Positions 30,882 to 39,329 of a stretch of 64,000 bases of DNA are shown here, in pieces; position 1 is the stretch's first letter, and each line of letters starts with the position of its first letter. Source of the stretch: Gemmatimonadota bacterium. GTDB lineage: Bacteria > Gemmatimonadota > Gemmatimonadetes > Gemmatimonadales > GWC2-71-9. The position numbers were made by a program, and so were the translations under genes. Below the pieces are notes generated by a model. The model was not told the origin of the DNA. It was given only the letters and a program-made list of their open reading frames with translations, and did no database searches. The stretch covers positions 137,402-201,401 of the forward strand of contig JBDHKN010000006.1 of the NCBI GenBank assembly GCA_039586365.1, read 5' to 3'.

Positions 30882-33476
30882 CTATGGTCGCAGGTCTTCT
30901 AGAAGGATGGTTATGGTGCGCCGTTGCTCGCCGGGTGGAAACGTGATTGTGAGACCATTTACGCCGTCCTGGTAATCAACGCTCGCCGGTCCGTGCCCCA
31001 CCCGCACGGCTTCGCCGTGGAGATCGATGCGATAGGAGTCGCCGGGATGTCCCTCGACCACCAGACTCCAGCCTCGAACTAACTCCTGAAAGTCGAGTAC
31101 TCTGATCCCCTGGCTCTCTTGCCCAGGGTCGAGCTTGGCTGTCGGCGGTTGCAGGATAAGTCCACCTTCCCAGGTCAACTCCAGTCGTGTCTGCCTGTCA
31201 CTGATTGGAATGGTTATCAGATGTTGTCCTTCGTGTCTGCCCTGGTGGGTCGACCCGCGACCGGCGCCGTGGGTAGGAGAAACTGTGAGACCTACGTCCC
31301 GCGCGCGCAACGGGATGGGAAGTACAAAATCCACATTCACTGGCGTCCCCGTAGCGCGAACGTCGATAGAGAGATAGCCCGGTCCCTGCCGCACGTCGGC
31401 GTCCAGCGAACTGGCTCCGATCTTGAGATTGTGGGCACTCATGCGCTGCCACGAAGGAGGCAACTGAGGGGCCAGCCTCGCCCGACCGCTTGGTGCGTCC
31501 GGATCCCACCCGAGCATTCCGGCGACCACGGGTGTGAGCAGCATCGACGTTGCGAAGAACTGTTGTGGTACGGCTGTGTCGAGAGGACGGTAGTACCGCC
31601 CGGACATCAATTCGGGATGGCGCCCTCGGGCCCAATCGAAAGTGGCTTGCTTCAGAGCGTCGATCAAAGGGAAGCCGGACCAGGACCGTCGGTAGTTGTA
31701 CTGTCCCCAGGTCACGAATCCGGTGACAAACGGCCACACAGAGCCACCGTTGTAGTGCACCGGATCATACAACGCACTGCCAGTGGATAGCATCCGCGCA
31801 CCCCAGTCGGCGCTGATGGAGTCACTCGCCAGTTTCATGAGGGTGAGTTCGGCCCGGGCCGGGTCCAGCAGGTTGAACGCTGCTGCCGTGGCGGGCCACA
31901 CCGTGAGATTGTCGTTGGTGTCGCCGGATCGGAGTATGCCGAAGGCATGGTGGCCCTCCACATCTCGCCAGTAGTCTCGGTTGAGCACAGCTCTGGCCCT
32001 ACGTCCCAACTCTTCAACCTCGCGCGCCAAGGCGGGATCGCCTCTCGCATGGGACAGCTCGGCCATCGCCTCCAACGCCTTGATCCATACGGCAGCGAGG
32101 TAGATGTCCTGATGTATGTCCTGGCCGAGTTCACCCACTTCGATCGCTCCTAGGTTGCCAGGGCCGTTCTCAATGATTGCGTCTCCGTCGGTGTCGCGCG
32201 AAAGGCACCATGCATATGCCTTGCTTACCGCGGGCCAGAGATCGTCGAGGAGTCTGCTGTCGCCAGTGGCTCGCCAGTAACGCCACAGGGCAACTAGCCA
32301 ATGGGGCGTCGTATCGGCGTGGTAGTAAGTGTAGGGGAAATCGGTGAACCACGGGATTGTCCCGGCAGCTTGGGAAATCTCGTGCGGGATCTTGCCGTCT
32401 TCACGCTGGTAGTGGGCCAGGAACCGAAGCCCTTGTGACACTTGGGACCACATGCCCGTAGCACTCATGGCGAGCGTGTTGATCGCTGCATCTCCTCCGA
32501 AGAACCAGCCGAAGCCGGGCCTGCTGCTCTGGCCCGAGGGACCCCACCCCGCCACCAGGCCGCACCCGAGATCCGGATTGCACACTACGGCTTCGTCCAA
32601 GTTGATCTTGGACCACTCCAGCGCGAGGTCGAGGTCGTCGTCGGGAGTGTCGATGGATGTGGTATTGGCAAGCAGCGATCGTACGTGCTCCAGCCGCTCG
32701 CGGTAAAGAGCCGCGCCGTTCTCGAGCAACCGCTGATATATGCGGGCTACCGAGTCGCGCGGAGCTGTTGCAGCGGCGACAGCGATGGGGATGAACTCCG
32801 TTTCGCGGCGCGCGGAGTCGATCGGGATCACGAAGGTGTTGGGAGCATCCGGCAGCGCGTGAGCCGGATGGGTAGAAGCTGCCGTGGCCCAGGGTGATCC
32901 TATCAACGCATTTCGCTCACGGAGGCTCTCGGACAGGACGAAGGCCTTGGTATCGGAATCCCACAATGTGTACTGCCCGCCGAACGCGCCAGGCCAGGCG
33001 TACTGAAACACCGTCTTGAAACTGACAACCACATCCAGGGGACGGAACGTGCTCACGTCCAACAGCACCAAGAGTCCGGGCAGGTTGAGAGGCGCCAGAA
33101 TGTGCTGTCGCACCGTGAACGTTGCATGGCTGTAAACGATCGTCGTGATCTCAGGACGTATCACAACTGTTCGGGCGACGTCATTGCCTCGAATCGGTTC
33201 TACATAATCGGGAATCCGGAAGTCCAGTCTGAAATCGTCGGCCAGCTTGAACGGATGGACCCAGAGCTCCGCCTCTCCGGTCTCGCTACCGAGCCAGGCC
33301 GCTGCCCTGCCGAGGATTCCCAGGTATTGCCCACCTCTGGCGTCGCCCTTGAGTGCTAGGGGCGAAGGCACGACATCGAACTTGGAGACCGTCGGTGGAT
33401 GCTGGCCGGTGGCCATGCAGATTGGTATTGCCTGCAGTGTCGTGGCAACCAGCCACGCGCATCTGAGTGCGGTCAT
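30882..33476 (-). CDS. Amylo-alpha-1,6-glucosidase-like (alpha/alpha)6 glycoside hydrolase, probably exported
   Basis: GFGWFFGGDA, DGKIPHE, YHADTTP, YNGGSVWPF; possible N-terminal signal peptide. Confidence 0.78.
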   Translation of the reverse strand: MTALRCAWLVATTLQAIPICMATGQHPPTVSKFDVVPSPLALKGDARGGQYLGILGRAAAWLGSETGEAELWVHPFKLADDFRLDFRIPDYVEPIRGNDVARTVVIRPEITTIVYSHATFTVRQHILAPLNLPGLLVLLDVSTFRPLDVVVSFKTVFQYAWPGAFGGQYTLWDSDTKAFVLSESLRERNALIGSPWATAASTHPAHALPDAPNTFVIPIDSARRETEFIPIAVAAATAPRDSVARIYQRLLENGAALYRERLEHVRSLLANTTSIDTPDDDLDLALEWSKINLDEAVVCNPDLGCGLVAGWGPSGQSSRPGFGWFFGGDAAINTLAMSATGMWSQVSQGLRFLAHYQREDGKIPHEISQAAGTIPWFTDFPYTYYHADTTPHWLVALWRYWRATGDSRLLDDLWPAVSKAYAWCLSRDTDGDAIIENGPGNLGAIEVGELGQDIHQDIYLAAVWIKALEAMAELSHARGDPALAREVEELGRRARAVLNRDYWRDVEGHHAFGILRSGDTNDNLTVWPATAAAFNLLDPARAELTLMKLASDSISADWGARMLSTGSALYDPVHYNGGSVWPFVTGFVTWGQYNYRRSWSGFPLIDALKQATFDWARGRHPELMSGRYYRPLDTAVPQQFFATSMLLTPVVAGMLGWDPDAPSGRARLAPQLPPSWQRMSAHNLKIGASSLDADVRQGPGYLSIDVRATGTPVNVDFVLPIPLRARDVGLTVSPTHGAGRGSTHQGRHEGQHLITIPISDRQTRLELTWEGGLILQPPTAKLDPGQESQGIRVLDFQELVRGWSLVVEGHPGDSYRIDLHGEAVRVGHGPASVDYQDGVNGLTITFPPGEQRRTITILLEDLRP

Positions 33477-33515
33477 TTTCGCTCTCCTGCAACCTCGACG
33501 TGGGGTGCGGTGGTC

Positions 33516-34589
33516 TCAGACGCCGACTTCGATCAGTGCGTCGAGCTGCTCGACCACCTCGCCAATGATGGCGGCGCTTGGGGTTTCATTCTTGTTGAGT
33601 GCCCGGACCAGATCTGCGACGGCCGAGGGGTCTACAGCGATCAGTAGTCCACCCGATGTTTGGGCGTCGGCCAACAACAGCATATCCGATTCACTGACGC
33701 CGTCAGCCCAGTGCGTGACTTCATTCGCAGCAGCCAAGTTCGTCTTAGTGCCTCCCGGCACCGCGTTCTGGCTTATCAGTTCCCGCACCCGGTCGAAAGT
33801 CGGGACTGCGTCGGCGCTGAGTCGGGCGCACTGCCCACTTGCCTCCAGGAGGTTCTGCAGGTGGCCGAGCAGGCCGAACCCGGTAACGTCGGTGACCGCA
33901 TGTGCAGCGCTACCGATCTCCGCCACGGCCTGGGCAGCTCCAGCGTTCAAGGTGGACATCGCCGTCACTGCTGCAGCCATATCATCCTCGGCCATCAAAC
34001 CGTTCTTGAGTGCCGTACTCAGAATACCGGTGCCCAACGGCTTCGTGAGCACGAGAAAGTCACCGCTCCGTGCGCCTGAATTGGTGGTTACGCGGTTCGG
34101 GTGTACTTCCCCGAGGGCAACCATGCCGTACTTCGGTTCCGGGTCATCGATAGAATGCCCCCCCAACACAAACGCTCCAGCACGTTGTGCAGTCTCGATC
34201 CCTCCTCGCAGTGTCTCTCCCAGCAAAGCCAGTACCTCTGCGTTGCGGGGCCATGCCACCAGATTGAGGGCGAGAAGTGGCTTAGCCCCCATCGCATAGA
34301 GATCGCTGAACGCGTTCGCAGCCGCGATCGACCCGAACGAATACGGGTCGTCGACAATAGGAGCGAAGAAGTCCACGCTGACTACTAGCGCGCGATCCTC
34401 AGACAGCAGATACACTGCTGCGTCATCACGCGTCGCGGCATCGACCAAGACTCGCGGATCTGCTACATGAGGCACGTGGAGCAGGACCTGCGCCAACTCA
34501 GCAGAGCTGAGCTTACAGGCTCAGCCAGCGCCGTGCGACAGAGTAGTCAACCGGATACGGGGGCGTTGATCGCGTGCGTCGCTGCTCAT
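33516..34589 (-). CDS. selD: Selenide, water dikinase SelD, selenocysteine-containing (UGA at codon 23)
   Basis: Reading through TGA at 34523-34521 gives MSSDARDQRPRIRLTTLSHGAG-U-ACKLSSAELAQV, then DDAAVY, DFFAPIVDDP, GGHSI, DVTGFGLLGH, DAQTSGGLL. Confidence 0.95.
34477..34495 (-). promoter_or_regulatory. Candidate bacterial SECIS hairpin in selD
   Basis: mRNA UGG-C-GCAG-GUC-CUGC-U-CCA; the loop starts with G 33 nt after the UGA and resembles the E. coli fdhF SECIS apex GCAGGUCUGC. Confidence 0.65.
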
Positions 34590-34868
34590 TTCCAATCGCG
34601 CATGTTGTGACGAAACCGTTGCTGAGTGAGTAGTAGATAAGGAGTCGTAGCGGCGCAACGCCTGTCACTCGTTGCCCACTCGATAACTGCCAAATCTACA
34701 GTAATTCCTGGCCCGGGTGAGGCGTGGACCAGCCCGTGGTTGTGCAGCGTATCCGGACAATGAAGGACCCTTAAGAAAAAACACACCCGCGGTTGACCCA
34801 CGCCGTAGGGACATTGGTGATGAACCGGGATTGGGCTTGGGCCTGCGTCTGACTGAGGAGGGGTGAGA

Positions 34869-36461
34869 ATGGCTCGACCGCTGGTTGTGCTGGTTGGTGC
34901 GGAGATCGAGGAGAACCTCTCGATCCGTTACTTGGCTGCGGTCCTCGAGGCGGGCGGCTTCACCGGCATGATCATTCGCTTCAACGAGTCAATGGAGAGC
35001 GATGCCGTGGTACGGGACATCTGCGCTGCGGGCCCGCTGGTCGTGGGTATCTCGATTCCGTTCCAGGCGCGGGCCCGCGAGCTGCTTGGGCTCGCTTCGC
35101 ACCTCCGACTGGCCGGCTATCGAGGTCACATAAGTGTGGGTGGCCACTTCGCCACCTTTGAGTACGCCGGCATTCTGCAGGACTACTGGGCTGTCGACTC
35201 AGTGGTAAGGCACGAGGGCGAGCACACGTTCGCCGAGGTGTGCAAGGCCGTTCGGGACGGCATCGCTGTGGGAGGTATCCCTGGCACCATCGCTCGAGAC
35301 AACGGCGAGGTCACGGTGGCTCCGAAGCGCGCACTCGGGCCGCTGGACGATCTGCCGTTCCCCCAACGGCCGGCAACGCCCAACATTGTTCTGGGCATAT
35401 CGTGCGCACCGATCATGGCAAGCAGAGGCTGCTACGCCAACTGCACGTTCTGCTGCATCCATGCCTACACGGACAATGCTGCGGGTCCCCGGTACAGGAA
35501 GAGATCACCGGAAAACATAGTCCGTGAGATGTTGCAGGAATACCGTGAGCGGGGAGTGCGCCTGTTCGTGTTTCACGACGACAACTTCCTGGTTCCGTCC
35601 GTGGCGAAGAACCTGCAACGTTGCAGCGAGCTGGCTGCTCTGCTCGCGAGACAAGAGTTGGATGGGATCGGGTTGGTGATGAAATGTCGCCCGCAGGAAG
35701 TGGATAGACAGCTGTTCGAGTCGTTGCAGTCCATGGGTGTGATTCGTGTGTATGTGGGGATTGAGACCAACTCGGACGAGGGTGTGGTGAGTCTCAACCG
35801 AGGCATCTCCCCGAGCCAGAATCGCAGATCGCTGGAAATCCTGCGGGGGCTTGGGATCTACTGTTCGTTCAATGTGTTGATCTTCGACCCGGAGGCGACA
35901 CTGCGGGGCATCCAGCAGAACTTGGAATTCATGGAGCAATTCGCTGACGTCCCCTTCAACTTCTGCCGCGCCGAGGTCTACGCTGGTACGCCACTCAAGC
36001 AGATGCTGACCGCGCAGGGGAGGTTGCTGGGCGACTACTTGGCGTGGGGTTACGAGATGCGTGATCCGCGGGTGGAGCTGCTGTTCCGGATCGTCTCAAC
36101 TGCGTTTGCCCAGCGCAACTTCAAGCCGGATGGACTCGCCAATCTCAACATGGGCATTCGGTTCGACAACGAAGTGCTATCTCACTTCCACTCTCGTGCT
36201 CGGGATCGGATCAGAGATGAGCAACTGGTAGCTCTATCTCGCGAGATTGGGCTGGACAGCGTGGCTCACTTCCGCAGAGCGCTGCAATTCGTGGCTGAGA
36301 CGGATCAACCGGAAAGCGATGCCGTGAAGCGGTTCACTGTGCAGCTGGCCGGCAGCCTGGCGCGGAGTGAGCTACGGTTTCTGCCACGCATCAAATCCGC
36401 CAGACGCGAGATGGAAAGTTGTGTGCCGCGCGAGCATGCTGGCCTGTCAGGGGCACTTTGA
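34869..36461 (+). CDS. Cobalamin-binding radical SAM protein
   Basis: N-terminal B12-binding-like domain (EENLSIRYLAAVL, GGHFAT, RHEGE), RGCYANCTFC (CxxxCxxC), FHDDNF, YVGIE; GAGGAG upstream. Confidence 0.92.
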   Translation: MARPLVVLVGAEIEENLSIRYLAAVLEAGGFTGMIIRFNESMESDAVVRDICAAGPLVVGISIPFQARARELLGLASHLRLAGYRGHISVGGHFATFEYAGILQDYWAVDSVVRHEGEHTFAEVCKAVRDGIAVGGIPGTIARDNGEVTVAPKRALGPLDDLPFPQRPATPNIVLGISCAPIMASRGCYANCTFCCIHAYTDNAAGPRYRKRSPENIVREMLQEYRERGVRLFVFHDDNFLVPSVAKNLQRCSELAALLARQELDGIGLVMKCRPQEVDRQLFESLQSMGVIRVYVGIETNSDEGVVSLNRGISPSQNRRSLEILRGLGIYCSFNVLIFDPEATLRGIQQNLEFMEQFADVPFNFCRAEVYAGTPLKQMLTAQGRLLGDYLAWGYEMRDPRVELLFRIVSTAFAQRNFKPDGLANLNMGIRFDNEVLSHFHSRARDRIRDEQLVALSREIGLDSVAHFRRALQFVAETDQPESDAVKRFTVQLAGSLARSELRFLPRIKSARREMESCVPREHAGLSGAL

Positions 36462-36533
36462 AGTGGGCCCACAACGGTCTGTACCTAACATCCCGACGTT
36501 GTGATCACAGTTCCTTAGGACAGGGGGTCGATT

Positions 36534-37262
36534 GTGGGAATCAAGAGCAAGGCAAAGAAGGCAGCTGCTGCGGGGGTCACGGTGGCAACGAGTGGCCTGA
36601 GTAGCTGTAATGACAATGGCGTGGTTGACCCGCCCCCACCGCCACTCGAGTGCAGTGATGTAGACCAGGGGCAATCGCTCGAAGCGACGGCCGAGCGGGT
36701 TGACCGTGTCCTGTCCGTGACAGTGCGACACGCACTAGGGGCTGATGCGTACTGGTTCGATGTCCGAGTCACGAACCCGCAGGGAGCAGTGATCGTGTCG
36801 GTGGTTACGTCGCCGAACGGCCGGCCGGATGACGTGTTGGTGACGCTCTTGCTGCAGTCCGACACAACCAGCACGGGGTCGTTCACCGTGGAAGGTACCT
36901 TGGCCGGCTACTCGAACCAGCATTGTGCCGTGTTGCGCACGTTCACATTCACCGTCGACGGGCAGAACGTCGTTGTCAGTCAGCGGAAGGGCCACTCGCT
37001 TCCTTTGGTGGCCCGTGAGAGGGCCTGGATTGTCATGGTTGGTGGTGACCAACGCGAGGTGGAGCTGGAGGCCAGGACAGAATACCGCGATCCGCACGGC
37101 GTCAGTTGGTCTGTCACTGGTGGTTCCCTGGTCATCAATCCGAATCAGAAGGCCCGCTGGTTGTTGCCGGAAGAAGCTGGCCTTTACCAGGTGCAGGTGG
37201 TTGTCGACTATGGGCAGAATGGCTTGGCGGTCGACACGATGGCCTTCGAGGTGTTGGGTTAA
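36534..37262 (+). CDS. Hypothetical lipoprotein with DPPPPP motif and two Ig/PKD-like beta domains
   Basis: GTG after AGGGGG; basic n-region, LSSC lipobox, NDNGVVDPPPPPLEC, beta-strand pattern, C-terminal WSVTGGSL..ARW.LP..AGLYQVQV. Confidence 0.7.
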   Translation: MGIKSKAKKAAAAGVTVATSGLSSCNDNGVVDPPPPPLECSDVDQGQSLEATAERVDRVLSVTVRHALGADAYWFDVRVTNPQGAVIVSVVTSPNGRPDDVLVTLLLQSDTTSTGSFTVEGTLAGYSNQHCAVLRTFTFTVDGQNVVVSQRKGHSLPLVARERAWIVMVGGDQREVELEARTEYRDPHGVSWSVTGGSLVINPNQKARWLLPEEAGLYQVQVVVDYGQNGLAVDTMAFEVLG

Positions 37263-37269
37263 GCTCGGC

Positions 37270-38496
37270 TCAGCCTCTCCCTCCTGCCAACCGAGCAGCG
37301 TCCGGTGAATGCTTGAGCCGCCACATCGCCCAGATGCCGAAAGCCGGGCCTGGGGCCAACAACGCGAATGCCCAGCGCCAACCGGCCATGTCCAGTGCAC
37401 CGGGGATCAGACGGATCGAGATCAGGGTCAGTAGGAATCCCATGGCTGTCTGGGTTGTGAGCTGGGTCCCCATGTATTCACGGTCTGATAACTCACTGAC
37501 GCTGCTGCTGAACTGAGCCGAGTCGGCAACAACCGCGAAGCCCCAGATCAAGGCGATTGCCGTTACGATCAGAGGAGATCGGCCGAAGCAGAAGCCAATG
37601 CTGAGGGCGCACACCCCGCTCACCCACATGCTCACTATGGTGGTTCGGCAACGCCCCCACCGGTCGGCAATGTGCCCGGCCAACAGACTTCCTGCTCCAC
37701 CTGCCGCAATAGCCGCGAAAGCGGCAATCGAGGCCCACTTGGTCACCGTGTCCTGATGTAGTGACTTGCCGAAGCTGGAAGCACTGAAAGACGCTGCCAG
37801 GAAGAGCGGGATCCAGGTCCACATCGCATACAGTTCCCACATGTGGCCCAGGTATCCGAAGTTGGTCAGCCGCAGCGGCCGGAGGTGCAGCGACCGGCCC
37901 ATGTGACGCCAGTGAAACGGGGCGGTGGGAGCGGCATATGGCCCGAGTTTTCCAGCGAACCACCCGCTGATCCCGCCAGCAACCGCAAGGCCCGACACTG
38001 CATAGATGACCGGCTGCCACGCGCCGATGCCCCCCAAGGCCTTGACCAGGTGCGGCGATGCGCTGCCTACTGTTAGGGCACCCACCAGCATGCCGATCGC
38101 CAAGCCTCGATCGTGCTTGGTCCAAGTGGCCATGATCTTCATACCCACTGGGTATACAGCTGCCAGCGCCATGCCTGTCCCGAACCGCAACAGGACTGCC
38201 ACCATGAAACCGCTGTTGAGCGCTGGAATGAGCGCGTTGAGCAGCGCCCCCAGCAGCGCACCCGTCGCGAAGACCTTTCGGGGAGACCACAGGTCGGGGA
38301 TGTTGAGCAGGGCGCTGAGCAGTGCTCCCAGGACGAAGCCGAGCTGGACTGACATGGTCAACCACGCCGCCTGTCCACCTGAGACATCCCAGTGATCCAT
38401 CAGAGCCGGCACGACAGCAGTAGCGGAGAACCACAGGCTCATGGCCAGGAGTTCGCCCAGTGAGAGCAGGATCAGGTGGGGCCATTTGCCCGCCAC
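37270..38496 (-). CDS. MFS transporter
   Basis: About 12 TM; SLWFSATAV, VQLGF, YPVGMK, GYLGHMWELYAMW, ADRWGR, ADSAQFS; GTG start overlaps the upstream TAG. Confidence 0.92.
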   Translation of the reverse strand: MAGKWPHLILLSLGELLAMSLWFSATAVVPALMDHWDVSGGQAAWLTMSVQLGFVLGALLSALLNIPDLWSPRKVFATGALLGALLNALIPALNSGFMVAVLLRFGTGMALAAVYPVGMKIMATWTKHDRGLAIGMLVGALTVGSASPHLVKALGGIGAWQPVIYAVSGLAVAGGISGWFAGKLGPYAAPTAPFHWRHMGRSLHLRPLRLTNFGYLGHMWELYAMWTWIPLFLAASFSASSFGKSLHQDTVTKWASIAAFAAIAAGGAGSLLAGHIADRWGRCRTTIVSMWVSGVCALSIGFCFGRSPLIVTAIALIWGFAVVADSAQFSSSVSELSDREYMGTQLTTQTAMGFLLTLISIRLIPGALDMAGWRWAFALLAPGPAFGIWAMWRLKHSPDAARLAGGRG

Positions 38497-39329
38497 TATC
38501 TGAATCCTGTCAACTGAATTCCCTGCACGAAGTACCGCTGTGTCAGGAAGAACAGTATCACTATGGGTATCACCGCTGTCACTGCAGCCGCCATTTGATA
38601 CGGCCAGTTCATCACGAAAGTACCGTGGAACGAAGCAATCCCTACCTCCACGGTGCGCATCGTCATGGACCGGGTGACAACCAGGGGCCACAGCAGGTTC
38701 TTCCAAGCATCGATGAAGGCGAAGAGACCGATCGTTGCCAGCGCCGGCTTGGCGAGTGGCAGCGAGATCGTCCAGAATACGCGCCACGAACCCGCTCCGT
38801 CGATCCGTGCGGCATCCTCGAGTTCTCTGGGAACCGAGCGAAAATACTGCCGCATCAGGAAGATTCCCCAGACAGACACCAGCTCGGTGCTGATCAGTCC
38901 GCCATAAGTGTCTATCCAGCCGAGTGCGTCCACCAACAGGAATCTGGGAATGAGCACCACGACTGCCGGGACCATCATGGTTGACAGGTAGAGCATGAAC
39001 AGTCGGTCACGCCCTCGGAAGTCGAACTTCGCGAATGCGTAGCCGGCCGTTGCAGCCGTGAACAGCTGCCCCACGACGACTGCGGACGCGAACACGAACG
39101 AATTGAGGAAATAGCGACCGAACGGACGTGCCGTCAGGGCGCCAGCGTAGTTGTCCCAACGCAGCGATTCCGGCACTAGTCGAGGCGGGAAACGGAACAC
39201 CTCGAGTTCGTCCATGAAGGAGGTGGCTATCATCCAGAGAAATGGGAGCAGCATCGTTGCAGCCAGAAGAACGGCGAGCCCCCAGGCTGCAGATTCTCGC
39301 CACGGTCGCGAGCGCCGCAAGCGCCCCAT
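38496..39329 (-). CDS. Carbohydrate ABC permease (MalG-like)
   Basis: EAA motif ELEDAARIDGA, AGYAFAKFDFRG; TAATG coupling at 39329. Confidence 0.94.
   Translation of the reverse strand: MGRLRRSRPWRESAAWGLAVLLAATMLLPFLWMIATSFMDELEVFRFPPRLVPESLRWDNYAGALTARPFGRYFLNSFVFASAVVVGQLFTAATAGYAFAKFDFRGRDRLFMLYLSTMMVPAVVVLIPRFLLVDALGWIDTYGGLISTELVSVWGIFLMRQYFRSVPRELEDAARIDGAGSWRVFWTISLPLAKPALATIGLFAFIDAWKNLLWPLVVTRSMTMRTVEVGIASFHGTFVMNWPYQMAAAVTAVIPIVILFFLTQRYFVQGIQLTGFR

Noticed and set aside
33247..34299. 350-aa plus-strand ORF opposite selD, and similar antisense ORFs across the window
   Set aside because: Ser/Ala/Arg-rich with no motifs; overlaps well-supported genes on the other strand.
34586..34801. 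71-aa minus-strand ORF whose stop overlaps the selD ATG, as a leader or radical SAM precursor peptide
   Set aside because: No ribosome-binding site or recognisable motif; it spans the divergent promoter region and is most likely chance.
36459..36488. Selenocysteine read-through of the radical SAM TGA stop
   Set aside because: An in-frame TAA follows after 8 codons, and there is no redox-motif context around the TGA.
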